From: a candidate division WOR-3 bacterium
GTDB taxonomy: Bacteria > Hydrothermota > Hydrothermia > JBDRYB01
Assembly (NCBI GenBank): GCA_039803205.1
Contig: JBDRYB010000001.1
Location: 267,413-331,412 of the forward strand
Length of the DNA: 64,000 nt
Direction: 5' to 3'
Shown: positions 32,949-44,237 of the stretch, piece by piece
Position numbering within the stretch: position 1 is the stretch's first letter
How the letters are laid out: every line of letters starts with the position of its first letter
Translations under genes and position numbers: made by a program
The notes under the pieces: model-generated
Seen by the model: only the letters and a program-made list of their open reading frames with translations
What the model was told of the DNA's origin: nothing
Database searches by the model: none

Positions 32949-34208
32949 ATGGATCTTTTGCTTCTTTTTGGCGCATACATGCCCTACACCGTGGCCGCGG
33001 GCCTCAACTATCCTCACGGGGTAGGGGTGGGAGACATCAACGGGGACGGGCTACCGGATGTCCTGGTCTCGGATACATATGGTTCTCAGGTCTATTGGTA
33101 TGAGAACAACGGCAACTGGGGTTTCACCCGGCACTTCGTTGGCTCGAGCAGTTACCCGCTCTATGTTGACGCTGGGGACATTGACTCAGATGGTGATGTG
33201 GACATCGTTACAGGCGATTACCTGGGCTCCAACATTTATGTATTCTATAACTCAGGCAACGGTTCATCCTTCACATCCCGTGTCCTACCGACATCTGGCG
33301 AGGCCTGGGAGGTTGATCTTGGGGATGTGGACGCGGATGGTGACCTTGACATAGCCACAAGCACAGGCGGAGGGGTTCTCCTGTTCAGAAACGATGCGGG
33401 GCTCTTCACCCAGGTATATGTTGGTTCGCTGAGCTGGCCTCACGGGTGCAGGTTCTTTGACATGGAGGGAGATGGGCATCTGGAGATAGCCTCAACCCAT
33501 CCCTTTCAAGTATTCAAGAACGACGGAGCGGAGAACTTTAGCCTCTATTACCAGGATGCGAGCCTTCAGGAGGGGTGGGGCGTTGGCCCTGCTGACATAA
33601 ACGGCGATGGCTACATGGATGTAGCAGTGAACGATTATTATGGCGGAGCCACATATGTCTATTGGGGAAGCGCCTCTGGCTTCACGAAACAGCCAATAGG
33701 GCTTGCTGGTGAGTCGGAAGGCATGGACATGGGAGAGATAAACGCGCAGACCGGGGTGGACATCGCGGTTGGAGCGGCCTCAAGCTGGGTCATATGCTAT
33801 TACTACAACCCACCCGGCTTCACGGTAGAGATAGTGGATAACCTTTACGACGCCGACTTAGTCGTGATATGCGATCTGAACGGGGATATGTGTCCTGACC
33901 TGGTTGCTTCTGGCCCAATGGGCGGCGCGGTCTTGGCCTACGAGAACAGGAACTGCCCATTTGAGGTCAGTGAGGGGGACGGGAAGGGAGAGCCACAGCT
34001 CAGGATACTTTATGCCGAGCAGGGCCCTCTCGCGTTCCTCGCGGAGTGCTCTGGTGAGCTTGAGATATACGACGCGACCGGGAGGTTGGCCAGGGCATAT
34101 CCCATAGGGGGCTCTAATCAGAGAATAAGCCTTTCCGGCCTTGAACCAGGTGTCTACGCGGCGCGGGTCAAAGGGGTTGGGGCACAGGTTTTCGTTGTCG
34201 GAAAGTGA
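32949..34208 (+). CDS. FG-GAP/VCBS repeat beta-propeller protein with T9SS-type CTD
   Basis: Repeats GDINGDGLPDV, GDIDSDGDVDI, GDVDADGDLDI, ADINGDGYMDV, CDLNGDMCPDL; CTD IYDATGR...LSGLEPGVY; SD GGAGGT before ATG 32949. Confidence 0.88.
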   Translation: MDLLLLFGAYMPYTVAAGLNYPHGVGVGDINGDGLPDVLVSDTYGSQVYWYENNGNWGFTRHFVGSSSYPLYVDAGDIDSDGDVDIVTGDYLGSNIYVFYNSGNGSSFTSRVLPTSGEAWEVDLGDVDADGDLDIATSTGGGVLLFRNDAGLFTQVYVGSLSWPHGCRFFDMEGDGHLEIASTHPFQVFKNDGAENFSLYYQDASLQEGWGVGPADINGDGYMDVAVNDYYGGATYVYWGSASGFTKQPIGLAGESEGMDMGEINAQTGVDIAVGAASSWVICYYYNPPGFTVEIVDNLYDADLVVICDLNGDMCPDLVASGPMGGAVLAYENRNCPFEVSEGDGKGEPQLRILYAEQGPLAFLAECSGELEIYDATGRLARAYPIGGSNQRISLSGLEPGVYAARVKGVGAQVFVVGK

Positions 34209-34278
34209 GGGAAATTCAATTCGGGTAGTCCGGCTATCCGGTGCGAAGGCCGCGCCTAATCCGATATAATTTTAGTCC

Positions 34279-36948
34279 TTGATCCAGCAAAGGTTCGGCA
34301 AGTTTGAGATTCTCTCCTGGATAGGAGGGGGACAGTTTGCTGATGTTTTTCTCGCTCTGGATACCATAATCCAGAAGGAGTTCGCGATAAAGGTCTCGAG
34401 GGCAAAGCAGCGCGAGGCAGAGGCCATGATGGCGGAGGCACGCGTCCTCGCAAGCCTGGATCATCCGAACATCGTCCGTTTTTACTCGGCTGACCTCATA
34501 GAGGAGAGGCTGGTTCTTGTCATGGAATACATACCCGGCCGCAGCCTCCGGAGCCTGCTGGATGAGGGCCCCCTTTCCCTGCCGAGGACCATGAGGATAG
34601 CATCGGGCATCCTTTCCGGGCTCCAATACGCGCACGAGAGGGGGATAATCCACAGGGACATAAAGCCTGAAAATGTGCTTCTGGCGGAGGGCGAAAAGGT
34701 AAAGCTCACGGACTTCGGCCTCGCGGCAATGATATCCAAAGAGAGCTTCTCGGCCTCCATGGCAGGAACCCCCTTATACATGGCGCCCGAGGTCTGGGAG
34801 GGCCACGCCTGCATTCAATCTGACCTTTGGAGCGCGGCCGCGGTTATTTACGAGTGTTTGGCTGGACATCCGCCCTTCTGGGACGAGAGCTACGAGGGCC
34901 TGAGAAAGAAGATGATCTCATCCAAGCCAAAGCCTATCCAGAGGCTGAGCTCCCAGGCCAATCGCTTCCTGTCTAGAGCCCTCGATCCCTCTCCCGAAAA
35001 AAGGCCTCCCTCAGCAAAGGCCATGCTTGATGAGCTTGCAGAATCCCTCTCTGCCCAAACCGAGGCTGTTATAATAACAGGGCCCATAGAGGAACCGAAG
35101 CCAAGGTCGCCAATCCTGGAGGGGCTTTCGGATGAACAGGCTGAGGCTGTCCAGCACGAAGGCCATCTTCTCATTCTCGGTGGTGCTGGCACGGGAAAGA
35201 CCACATGCCTCGCGGCGAGGGCCTCCTGGTTCATCTGCGAGCGCGGCTTTGAGCCAGAATCCGTCTTTCTCTCGACATTCACGGGTCGGGGCTCAGGCGA
35301 GCTCCGCGAGAAGCTCCTGCCCTTTCTCTCTGAGAGCGAGATAAGGAGAATGTGGGTTGGAACCCTGCATTACCTTGCCTCCCGGATATTCTCCGCTGTT
35401 GCGGAACGGGAGGGTTTCCCTGAGGATTTTCTCATAGTTGACCAGGAGAGCTCCCTTAAAATGATGAGGGAAATCGTTGGATCAGAGCGCCAGGCAGGGG
35501 CCGTGCTCAGGGAGATATCCCGGGCAAAGTCAAACCTAGTGGGACCAAAGGCATACAGGGAGGCGGCGAAAACTCCGTGGCAGAACAGGGTTGCTGGTTT
35601 TTACGAGCGCTATCAGGAGGCGCTTACAGCCATGGGAGCCCTGGATTATGACGATGTGATAATTAAGGCCGAAAAAGCTCTCAGGGAGAATCCTGACCTC
35701 AAAGAGGACCTCACCAGAACCTTTCGCCTCATCCTCGTTGATGAGTTTCAGGACCTCAACCTCGCTCAGTTCAGGCTCATACTCGGGCTCACCGGCGGTT
35801 CTGCTTGGTTCACCGCGACGGGCGATCCCCTCCAGGCCATATATGGGTTCCGTGGGGCATCCCCGAGGTTCATAAACGCTTTTGCGGAACGCTTCAATCC
35901 CTATAGGGTCCACCTGAACAGGAGCTACAGAAGCTACGAGGAGATACTCTCGCTCGGCAGAAACCTCATATCCCACAATCCAGACCCTCCCTCTCCGGTC
36001 TTCGCTGTGAGGAGGGCAGAGAAAGAGGTTGTTCACCTCGTTGCTTTGGATGATCCGGAGTCTGAGGCAGGTTTCGTCGCTGACACGGTTGAGAGAATGC
36101 TGGATGAGGGGAGGAATCCGGAGGATTTCGGGGTCCTCTTCAGGACAAACGCGCAGGCTCGTGCATTTGAGGACGCTTTTTCAAGGCGGAGGATTCCCTT
36201 CAACATGGAAGGCGCCTCCAGCTTCTACAGGAGGCCGGAAATAAGGGCATCGCTCGGTTTCCTTCGCTTCATATCAGGGCAAAAGGACAAGGAGGACTTC
36301 GTCCTAATGCTGAGGCACTTTCTCGGGTTCAGGGGCGAGGAGGTAAAGTTGGCTACGCAGGGTTTCAGCCAAAAGTCCAGGCCCACAATGAGCAAGAAGC
36401 TCCCAGAGGATAAGCTATCTGCGCTGGAGGCATTCTGGAAATACATAACGGGTATCGGCCCAGAGGAATACGAGAACCTTACGCCCCAGGAGATCCTGAG
36501 AAGGTTCTATGATTTTACGGGCTATTCAAGGATATTCTCCGAAGCGCATACCCCTGGGAGGATAATGGAAAAAGATAATATTGAGGAGCTTCTCTCCCTG
36601 GCAGGGGGCTTTGGCAGGGGAGGGACCAGGCGGCTCCTCTCCCACATCTCCTTGACGCAGGAGCTTTCCGCTAAGGTAAGGGGTGCTGGAGGGGTGAGGC
36701 TCATAACCCTTCACGGCGCGAAAGGGCTGGAGTTCCCAGTGGTATTTCTCACCGGAATGGCGGACGGGCTTTTCCCATCGGGCTCCGCCATCACAAAGCC
36801 TTCGGAAATGGCCGAGGAGAGGAGGCTTTGCTATGTGGCAATAACGAGGGCGCTTGAGGAGCTTTTCATAACATATCCGAAACACAGCAGGGGGCGGTAT
36901 TTTGAGCCATCCAGGTTCATCTACGAAATGTATGTTGTGGAAAGATAG
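34279..36948 (+). CDS. Ser/Thr protein kinase - UvrD/PcrA (SF1A) helicase fusion
   Basis: Kinase: [36 protein letters not shown]. Helicase: [67 protein letters not shown]. Confidence 0.93.
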   Translation: MIQQRFGKFEILSWIGGGQFADVFLALDTIIQKEFAIKVSRAKQREAEAMMAEARVLASLDHPNIVRFYSADLIEERLVLVMEYIPGRSLRSLLDEGPLSLPRTMRIASGILSGLQYAHERGIIHRDIKPENVLLAEGEKVKLTDFGLAAMISKESFSASMAGTPLYMAPEVWEGHACIQSDLWSAAAVIYECLAGHPPFWDESYEGLRKKMISSKPKPIQRLSSQANRFLSRALDPSPEKRPPSAKAMLDELAESLSAQTEAVIITGPIEEPKPRSPILEGLSDEQAEAVQHEGHLLILGGAGTGKTTCLAARASWFICERGFEPESVFLSTFTGRGSGELREKLLPFLSESEIRRMWVGTLHYLASRIFSAVAEREGFPEDFLIVDQESSLKMMREIVGSERQAGAVLREISRAKSNLVGPKAYREAAKTPWQNRVAGFYERYQEALTAMGALDYDDVIIKAEKALRENPDLKEDLTRTFRLILVDEFQDLNLAQFRLILGLTGGSAWFTATGDPLQAIYGFRGASPRFINAFAERFNPYRVHLNRSYRSYEEILSLGRNLISHNPDPPSPVFAVRRAEKEVVHLVALDDPESEAGFVADTVERMLDEGRNPEDFGVLFRTNAQARAFEDAFSRRRIPFNMEGASSFYRRPEIRASLGFLRFISGQKDKEDFVLMLRHFLGFRGEEVKLATQGFSQKSRPTMSKKLPEDKLSALEAFWKYITGIGPEEYENLTPQEILRRFYDFTGYSRIFSEAHTPGRIMEKDNIEELLSLAGGFGRGGTRRLLSHISLTQELSAKVRGAGGVRLITLHGAKGLEFPVVFLTGMADGLFPSGSAITKPSEMAEERRLCYVAITRALEELFITYPKHSRGRYFEPSRFIYEMYVVER

Positions 36949-36956
36949 GACGGAAA

Positions 36957-38318
36957 TCACATCTCCTTCAACCGCGCCTTGTAATCAAACCTCTCAAGGA
37001 ATCCCGTGTCAAAATCCCCCCTTCTGAATTCCTCCGATGAGATAACGACATGGTGAAACGGTATGGTTGTCGGAACGCCCTCTATTACGAATTCTTCCAG
37101 GGCCCGCAGCATCCTCGCTATTGCCTCCTCCCTGTCAGAACCGTGTGCTATGAGCTTCGCAAGGAGCGAATCGTAATGTGGTGGAACCCTGTATTCCTGG
37201 TAAATGTGGGAATCAACCCTGATACCCGGCCCGCCTGGCTTGTGCAGGATCCTTATGGTTCCCGGCGAGGGCGTGAAGTCCCTCTCCGGGTCCTCCGCGT
37301 TTATCCTGGCTTCTATGGCGTGACCTCGCATGATGATGTCCTCTTGCTTCATCCTCAATTTTTCGCCTCCGGCTATCCTTATTTGCTCCTTGATTATGTC
37401 AATCCCCGTAACCATCTCCGTTACAGGGTGCTCAACTTGGACTCGCGTGTTCATCTCTATGAAGTAGAAATTTCCGTCCTGATCCATGATGAACTCAACC
37501 GTTCCAGCAGAAACATAGCCAATTGTGGATGCTCCACGCACAGCGGATTCGCCCAGGTGCTTCCTGGTCTCAGGGGATACCACAGGAGAGGGCGATTCCT
37601 CTATGAGCTTTTGGTGCCTGCGCTGGATACTGCATTCCCTCTCTCCAAGATAAACGACATTCCCGTAGGAATCCGCGAGGATCTGGACCTCTATGTGCCT
37701 CGGCCTAAGGATGAGCTTTTCAAGATACAGCCTTCCATCACCAAACGCTGAGGCGGCCTCTGCTCCGGCTGACTGGAACTGCTTCTCAAGCTCTGCCGGC
37801 TCCCTGACTACTCTCATTCCCCTTCCGCCGCCTCCCGCAACAGCCTTCAACAAGACAGGATAACCCGCCCTTTCCGCTACCTCCATCGCCTCATCAAGGT
37901 CGGAGAGGGGCCCATCCGAACCAGGGACAACCGGAACCCCGGCCTTCTTCATTGTCTCTTTTGCCTTTGCCTTGTCTCCCATATCCTCTATCGCCTCAGG
38001 GGAGGGGCCTATGAAGGTAATCCCGTGATCCCTAACCAGCCTTGCGAACTCCGGGTTCTCAGCCAGAAACCCGTATCCAGGATGAATCGCCTCTGCGCCC
38101 GAGACCTCCGCGGCCGCTATTATCCTGTGGTAATGCAGATAGCTCTCCCTTGGCGGGGGAGGGCCTATCTTCACCGAGTAATCCGCGAGCTGGACATGGA
38201 GGGCATTTTCATCCGCGTCCGAATACACCGCGACGGATTCTATGCCCATCTCCCGGAGGGCATATATAATCCTGACCGCTATCTCACCCCTGTTAGCGAC
38301 GAGGACCTTCTTGAACAT
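36957..38318 (-). CDS. accC: Acetyl-CoA carboxylase, biotin carboxylase subunit
   Basis: [49 protein letters not shown]. Confidence 0.97.
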   Translation of the reverse strand: MFKKVLVANRGEIAVRIIYALREMGIESVAVYSDADENALHVQLADYSVKIGPPPPRESYLHYHRIIAAAEVSGAEAIHPGYGFLAENPEFARLVRDHGITFIGPSPEAIEDMGDKAKAKETMKKAGVPVVPGSDGPLSDLDEAMEVAERAGYPVLLKAVAGGGGRGMRVVREPAELEKQFQSAGAEAASAFGDGRLYLEKLILRPRHIEVQILADSYGNVVYLGERECSIQRRHQKLIEESPSPVVSPETRKHLGESAVRGASTIGYVSAGTVEFIMDQDGNFYFIEMNTRVQVEHPVTEMVTGIDIIKEQIRIAGGEKLRMKQEDIIMRGHAIEARINAEDPERDFTPSPGTIRILHKPGGPGIRVDSHIYQEYRVPPHYDSLLAKLIAHGSDREEAIARMLRALEEFVIEGVPTTIPFHHVVISSEEFRRGDFDTGFLERFDYKARLKEM

Positions 38319-38359
38319 GGCTTAATTATGGGGCAAGGGCGTGCGCTGGGACAATTCTT

Positions 38360-40117
38360 CTATTGCTTAAGCTCAGCCTCTCTCGCCTTCTCCTCGTATT
38401 CTTTGGCCTTATCTTCCATGCCTATAGCCCTGTAGATCTGTGCGGCGTGGCCGTATATCTCAGGGTCTGGTTTCTCAAGAACCGAGAGGGCCCTTTCTAT
38501 GTAAGCCCTCGCTTTTTCTTTGTCCCCCATTTTGAAGTATATCCACGCGTGTGTATCCAGATAAACCGGATTATCCGGGGATAGCTCCTGGGCCCTCTGG
38601 GAGAGCTTCTTTGCCTTCTCCAGGTCGCCGCCCCTTTCAGCAAGGGTATACGCCCAGTTGTTCAGGACGCCTGCCAGGAAGTTCACTGTGTTCTGATCCT
38701 CTGTCCAAGCAGTGTCAGAGAGGATCAGAGACTCAGTCTGGGAGAAGGCATAATCGGAGACAGCTAGGTCTCCGTATTCGGAATGCCACATCGCAAGCTC
38801 ATACCATGCATAGGGGTCACGAGGGGCTATCTCGGTCTGCCTCCTGAGCAAAGGCTCTATCTCTTTCTCCTTGCCCCTGGATCTGAGAAAGCTCATGAGC
38901 CTCTGAGCCTTTCCCCTGTCCCCTGGCGCGGCCTCTGCGGCCTTCCTGTAATACTTCTCAGCGAGACGGTTCTTCCCTTTGATCTCCATGGCGGTGCCAA
39001 GCAGGGAAAAAGCATCCGGAGAACCCTGATCCGCCACTGCCAAAAGGGTTCTTGAACCCTCGTCCATGTATCCGGTGTATATTTGCAAGAATCCCTTATA
39101 AACCAGGTTCGTTGGAGAGGGGTTCAGCCTTACCGCTATGTCTATCTCCCTCATGGCCTCGGCGGGCTTTTTGAGCTCAAAGAGGCATCGGGCCATGTAG
39201 TAATGGATCTGATCGTCATCGGGGTTGAGCACGGAAGCGCCGCCGAGATACGCCAAGCTGCTCTGGTAATCCTCGTTCTGATAAAGGGCAAGGCCCATCA
39301 CCTTCATGAGGCCCGGGTCAGCCTCGTTCCGGAGCATGGCGGATTCCAGCACCGCTATGGCGCTATCCGGTTTTCCCTCCTTGAGGTAAATCTCAGCAAG
39401 CTTCAGGGACACAACCTTGTCCCCTTCCTTTTCTCCCAGCGCCAAGCCATAGTGATGCTTAGCGTCCTCGTATCCGTTCAACTTGTCGTGCGCCAAGCCC
39501 CATACGAGTTGCAAACGGTAGGATGTCTCTGCGATGTTCAGAAGCCCAGAAATCCCCTCCCCCTCTATTGAAAGGGATTCTGCCCTTTCCACGAGCATCT
39601 CAGCCCTTGGACAGAGCTCCAGCGCCTCGCGTGGCCTATCATACCTTACGAGGAAGGATACATAATCAACGAGGATGCCGGGCGAATCCGGAGCCATCTC
39701 CTCAGCCTTCAGGTAGGCCTTTTCCGCATCATCCTTCAACCCCAAGTTATCAAAGACCATCGCCGCGAGGTGGAGTGCCCCCGGATCCTCCGGGAACCTC
39801 CTCACGATCTTCTCAGCCAAAGAGCGCGTCTTTCGCTCTGAGCCATAGTGGAAAGAGAGCCTCAGGGCGTGCTGGTAGAACAAAGAGGTATCTGGATGCC
39901 TTCTCATGCCCTCTTCTGCTTTCTGCATCGCCTTCTTGCAGAACCCCTGATTCACCATGTAGTCTATTTCCTGGCTGAGATACTTTGGGTCTTTTGTCTC
40001 GGCATAGAGACTATCTAGAACCCTTATGATCCCCTCATAATCCCCGGACCTCATGTGCTCCTCAAGGATCGCTTCCGGGGTCTGAGCCAAGAGCAAAAAC
40101 AAGCGAAGTCCGTTCAT
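38360..40117 (-). CDS. TPR-repeat protein
   Basis: Multiple TPRs ending LNNWAYTLAE...PDNPVYLDTHAWIYFKMG; ATGA overlap with holA at 40117. Confidence 0.85.
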   Translation of the reverse strand: MNGLRLFLLLAQTPEAILEEHMRSGDYEGIIRVLDSLYAETKDPKYLSQEIDYMVNQGFCKKAMQKAEEGMRRHPDTSLFYQHALRLSFHYGSERKTRSLAEKIVRRFPEDPGALHLAAMVFDNLGLKDDAEKAYLKAEEMAPDSPGILVDYVSFLVRYDRPREALELCPRAEMLVERAESLSIEGEGISGLLNIAETSYRLQLVWGLAHDKLNGYEDAKHHYGLALGEKEGDKVVSLKLAEIYLKEGKPDSAIAVLESAMLRNEADPGLMKVMGLALYQNEDYQSSLAYLGGASVLNPDDDQIHYYMARCLFELKKPAEAMREIDIAVRLNPSPTNLVYKGFLQIYTGYMDEGSRTLLAVADQGSPDAFSLLGTAMEIKGKNRLAEKYYRKAAEAAPGDRGKAQRLMSFLRSRGKEKEIEPLLRRQTEIAPRDPYAWYELAMWHSEYGDLAVSDYAFSQTESLILSDTAWTEDQNTVNFLAGVLNNWAYTLAERGGDLEKAKKLSQRAQELSPDNPVYLDTHAWIYFKMGDKEKARAYIERALSVLEKPDPEIYGHAAQIYRAIGMEDKAKEYEEKAREAELKQ

Positions 40118-41073
40118 TTTCTCAGTTCCAAAAGGAGCGAGAGAAGGCAAAGCCTGGGATCAAGCCTTCGCCTGGGCCCCATTTCCATGTAAAGCTCCTT
40201 GTCCAACAGGACAAAAACATCCCGCTCCGTCAACCCTCTCGCCATGTCCTCGTATTTCTTTACTTTCCATGATAGCCTGACCATGTTTTTTTGGCCGAGC
40301 TTGGCCCAGGCCATCGCCGAGAGCGCCCTTCCAAGAGCAGGGAGCAGGTCCTCCGGTTTCATTCCAACTGCCTGCCATTTATCCACTTCTTCCATCGCCT
40401 CGCTTGCTCTGCCTGCGAGCGCGTTGTCGGTTATCCGGTATTCCGCTGTCTCGGGCTCCTCGCAGAGCAGGTTCCTGATCTCATTGAGGCTATGCAATTC
40501 ATCCTTGTTCAGATATGTCGCCAACTTCACTATTTCAGCCCTTGCCCTTCTCAGATCTCTCGGCAAGGCATCCAGAAGCTCCTTGAAAGCCCCTGAAGAT
40601 ATTCTAACCCCGAGAGACTTGAGCTGGCGGCCAACCCAGGCCGTAAATGTCGGCTCATCAAGGGGCGGCAGCTCCACAAGATAAGCCTTTTGATTCAAGG
40701 TTCCCCAGAGCCGAGCGTTTCTTGAGAGGAACTTGAACGGGTCCTCCTTTTTCTTTATCTCCTTTTCAAAGAGGAGGGCGAGGGGCCTTCGCGGGGTGAA
40801 GCCCGCTGAAAGGAGCATCTCCCAGCCCTTCATCTTCTCGGCTGACCTCACAAAAGCCACGAATGATTCCCCGAAAAGCCCCGTGAATGACCCCCTCATC
40901 ACATCACCGGGCCCTTGCTCATCTCCGTAAAAACGCTTAATCCCCTGCGCGCCTGTTCTCTCGGCGAGCATTTCAAGGAATCTGTCCAGGGGAAGTGTCT
41001 CTTGGCCAACGAAGATGTAAAAAGGCCTCAGCTCCATATTGGGGAAGTCCCTCAGAAACTCAATATGTCTCAC
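40114..41073 (-). CDS. holA: DNA polymerase III delta subunit
   Basis: PFYIFVGQE, TGLFG, AEIVKL; typical size. Start is GTG 41073 (6 nt after TTGTCC-N18-TAAAAT) or ATG 41079. Confidence 0.7.
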   Translation of the reverse strand: MRHIEFLRDFPNMELRPFYIFVGQETLPLDRFLEMLAERTGAQGIKRFYGDEQGPGDVMRGSFTGLFGESFVAFVRSAEKMKGWEMLLSAGFTPRRPLALLFEKEIKKKEDPFKFLSRNARLWGTLNQKAYLVELPPLDEPTFTAWVGRQLKSLGVRISSGAFKELLDALPRDLRRARAEIVKLATYLNKDELHSLNEIRNLLCEEPETAEYRITDNALAGRASEAMEEVDKWQAVGMKPEDLLPALGRALSAMAWAKLGQKNMVRLSWKVKKYEDMARGLTERDVFVLLDKELYMEMGPRRRLDPRLCLLSLLLELRK

Positions 41074-41200
41074 ATCCATATTTTATCGCAAGGGGCTGGA
41101 ATGGGACAAGTTTGCGCGCCAGCTCATATTAATTATATCTACCAAACATGGCCCCTCCCCCAGTGGAAAGAGGAAACTCGGAGCCGATATAATCTTCAGG

Positions 41201-42085
41201 ATGCACGCCCTTGTTGCAGAGAACTTAACCAAGCGCTTTGGTGGGTTCACTGCTGTGGAGGGGGTCTCTTTCCGTGTATCAGATGGGGAGATATACGCTC
41301 TCCTTGGCCCAAACGGCGCCGGGAAGAGCACGACCATAAGGATGCTAACCGGGGTTCTCAAGCCAACCTCAGGGAAGGCCCTCGTTGCTGGGTTTGATGT
41401 GGCAAAGGAACCTTACAGGGCAAGGGAAAGGATGGGATACATGTCCCAGATGTTTTCTCTTTACAGGGACCTGAGCGTTGAGGAAAACCTCATGTTTTTC
41501 TGCGGTGTCTATGGTTCGGGGAGAGAGGCTGTTGCCAGGGCAGTTGAGAGAATGGGCCTTGCTCCTTATCTCAAGACCGTGGTCAGGGACCTCCCTTTGG
41601 GCTTCAAACAGCGCCTGGCTCTGGCCGCGGCAACAACCCACGATCCCAAGGTCCTTTTCCTTGACGAACCAACCTCAGGGGTTGATCCCGAGGCGAGGAG
41701 CGAGTTTTGGGACCTGGTTTATTCCTTGAGGGAAAAAGGGACTGCGGTGCTCATAACAACCCACTACATGGAGGAGGCTCACCTCGCTGATAGGATAGGA
41801 ATGATAAGCTCGGGGCGGCTCGTCGCGGAAGGGAGACCGGATGAGCTTTTGGCGCAAGGGCTTGGAAAGAGGTTCTGGCAAATGAGGGCTGAGCCCCTGA
41901 ACAAGGCCCTCGCGCTCCTGAACGAAAAGGGAATTCCAGCCTACTCGTCCGGGGGCCTCGTATTCCTTGAGGCTACGGATCCTGAGGAGCCCCGCTCCGT
42001 TCTGGCGGCAGGAGGAATAGAAATAACTGAGATAGCCGAGAGAAAACCCTCTTTGGAGGATGTATTCGTGGGACTCACAAAATGA
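41201..42085 (+). CDS. ABC transporter ATP-binding protein (YbhF-like)
   Basis: GPNGAGKST, LPLGFKQR, LFLDEPTSGVDP, TTHYMEEA. Start ATG 41201. Confidence 0.93.
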   Translation: MHALVAENLTKRFGGFTAVEGVSFRVSDGEIYALLGPNGAGKSTTIRMLTGVLKPTSGKALVAGFDVAKEPYRARERMGYMSQMFSLYRDLSVEENLMFFCGVYGSGREAVARAVERMGLAPYLKTVVRDLPLGFKQRLALAAATTHDPKVLFLDEPTSGVDPEARSEFWDLVYSLREKGTAVLITTHYMEEAHLADRIGMISSGRLVAEGRPDELLAQGLGKRFWQMRAEPLNKALALLNEKGIPAYSSGGLVFLEATDPEEPRSVLAAGGIEITEIAERKPSLEDVFVGLTK

Positions 42086-43182
42086 GAGCCGTTATCCTAA
42101 AGGAGATAAGGCACATCCTCAGGGACCCGATATCCTTAACCGTGATCCTGGTTATGCCAATAGCCTATCTTTTCATCTTTCTCTATTCAATAACATTTGA
42201 CATAAAGAGGGTTCCTCTGGGGGTAGTGGATTACCAGAATTCATCCCTCTCCAGGGATTTTCTGAACAACCTCACTGCTCACGGATGTTTTGAACTCAAG
42301 GCTTATTATCCGGATGAGGCCTCTCTAATGCGTGATGTCTCTCTTGGAAAGATCAAGCTGGGCCTCGTTATCCCCCAAGACTTTGACGAGAGGCTCTCCG
42401 CCGGAAGCCTGAGTTATGCTGGGTGGTTTGAAGGGGTCGAGGGAAACTCAACCAACATAGCCAGGGGATACCTCTTCTCCGGGGCCGCGGGGTTCCTCCT
42501 CGGCCAGGCCGAGAAGATGGGCCTCGCGCCTCCCCTGGATGTGAGGCCCCGCTACCTCTATAACCCGATGCTCAGAAGCAGATGGTTCCTTGCCCCTGGC
42601 TTTTCCGCGATAATCCTCATGCTCGTGGCCACCGCGCTTACTGCGCTCTCCCTTGTAAGGGAGAGGGAGGAGGGGAAGGTGGAGGTCCTGAGAACATTGC
42701 CCGTGAATCCATATGCATTCGTGGCGGCAAAGGCGCTGCCGTATGTAGTGATAGGCCTCGTGGACTTCTTCATAACAATAGGAATGGTGAGCCTCATATA
42801 TCGCGTCCCGGTGAAAGGAGGCATCCTTTCCCTCACTGGGTTCACCCTTCTTTTCCTCTTTCCTGCTTTGAGTCTTGGTTTGGTCATATCATCCATAGCA
42901 AGGGCTCAGCGCGAGGCTTGGTTCCTCGCGCTCGCCACAACCCTATTGCCATCAATAATACTGTCTGGATTCATTTTCCCGGTTGAGAGCATGCCGATGT
43001 GGCTCAGGATAATAGCTGAGGCTATGCCAGTGAGGCATTACCTGATTATCCTCCGGAGCGTCATGATAAAAGGAGTGGGCCTGGCCGAGCTTTGGCCCCA
43101 CGCGCTTGTTCTTGGCCTCTATGGAATAGCGCTCTTGGCAATAGCCGGCAGGAGGATGAGGGCATGGCTTTCTCCAGGTTGA
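42082..43182 (+). CDS. ABC-2 transporter permease (YbhS-like)
   Basis: KEIRHILRDP, YNPML, LVREREEG, LSGFIFPVESMP. Confidence 0.92.
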   Translation: MRAVILKEIRHILRDPISLTVILVMPIAYLFIFLYSITFDIKRVPLGVVDYQNSSLSRDFLNNLTAHGCFELKAYYPDEASLMRDVSLGKIKLGLVIPQDFDERLSAGSLSYAGWFEGVEGNSTNIARGYLFSGAAGFLLGQAEKMGLAPPLDVRPRYLYNPMLRSRWFLAPGFSAIILMLVATALTALSLVREREEGKVEVLRTLPVNPYAFVAAKALPYVVIGLVDFFITIGMVSLIYRVPVKGGILSLTGFTLLFLFPALSLGLVISSIARAQREAWFLALATTLLPSIILSGFIFPVESMPMWLRIIAEAMPVRHYLIILRSVMIKGVGLAELWPHALVLGLYGIALLAIAGRRMRAWLSPG

Positions 43183-44237
43183 CTTCCGCGATAAAAAAGG
43201 AGTTCGCCCTCCTCCTCAGGGACAGGCGCCTCCTGGCCCCTATTTTCGTTATCCCTGTCCTTCAGGTCGTGATCCTTAGCTACGGCGCAACCCTCGAGAT
43301 AAAGAGGATTGGGGTTGGGGTATGCGATATGGACATGAGCTCCGGGTCCAGAAGGCTCATCTCAGCGATGGAGGGGACGGGCTATTTCAGGGTGAAGATG
43401 GTTTCTGACCCCAAGCAGATCACGCTGATGCTTGACAGGCGAGAGGCGGTCATTGGGATAGTTATTCCGCACGGTTTCGCTTCCGGAAGAAACAGAGAGG
43501 TTCAAGTCCTCGTTGATGGTTCAAACACCTCGTTGGGTCAGATCGCGCTTTATTATTTCACGGGAGTTATAATGAGCGCCACTGCGAACAGCCTACCCTT
43601 GGACGACAGGGTCCGCGTAATATACAATCCCATGATGAAGAGCTCCTGGTTCATGGTTCCGGGCGTCGTGGGGCTCGTTCTCTTGGTCTTCACCATGCTC
43701 CTTACTGCGATAGCGGTTGTCAAGGAGAAGGAGCACGGGACCCTTGAGCAAGTGATAGTTTCTCCCATGAGGCCATGGGAGTTCGTTTTCTCAAAGACCC
43801 TTCCCTTTGTTCTGGTTGGGATGGTTCAGGTCTCCCTCGTGCTCACCATCGCTGTTTTGTGGTTCAGGATACCGTTCAAGGGCTCCCTCTTTACCCTGGC
43901 GGTATTCGGCCTTCTCATGCTTATGTCAACCCTCTCCCTTGGGCTTTTCATATCCGTGATAACCAGGACCCAGAAGCAGGCCATGATGACCGCCTACTTC
44001 ATAGCTCCTGTCCTCGTCATCCTCTCAGGCTTCATGATTCCGGTAGAGAACATGCCGAGGCCTTCCCAGATAGTTGCTTGGCTAAACCCGATAACATATT
44101 TCCTTCAGGCGATGAGGGGGATATTTTTGAAGGGCTGGGGTTTCCGGGAGCTTTGGCCCCAGGCTATTGTCCTATTCATCTACGGAACAGTCCTTCTTTC
44201 AATTTCAACTTGGCTCGTCAGAAAGAGGGTTTTGTGA
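43164..44237 (+). CDS. ABC-2 transporter permease (YbhR-like)
   Basis: KKEFALLLRD, VKEKEHGTLEQ, LSGFMIPVENMP. Confidence 0.92.
   Translation: MAFSRLTSAIKKEFALLLRDRRLLAPIFVIPVLQVVILSYGATLEIKRIGVGVCDMDMSSGSRRLISAMEGTGYFRVKMVSDPKQITLMLDRREAVIGIVIPHGFASGRNREVQVLVDGSNTSLGQIALYYFTGVIMSATANSLPLDDRVRVIYNPMMKSSWFMVPGVVGLVLLVFTMLLTAIAVVKEKEHGTLEQVIVSPMRPWEFVFSKTLPFVLVGMVQVSLVLTIAVLWFRIPFKGSLFTLAVFGLLMLMSTLSLGLFISVITRTQKQAMMTAYFIAPVLVILSGFMIPVENMPRPSQIVAWLNPITYFLQAMRGIFLKGWGFRELWPQAIVLFIYGTVLLSISTWLVRKRVL

Noticed and set aside
41039..41200. Long N-terminal extension of the ABC ATPase
   Set aside because: It spans divergent promoter elements and overlaps holA; ATG 41201 matches the family start.
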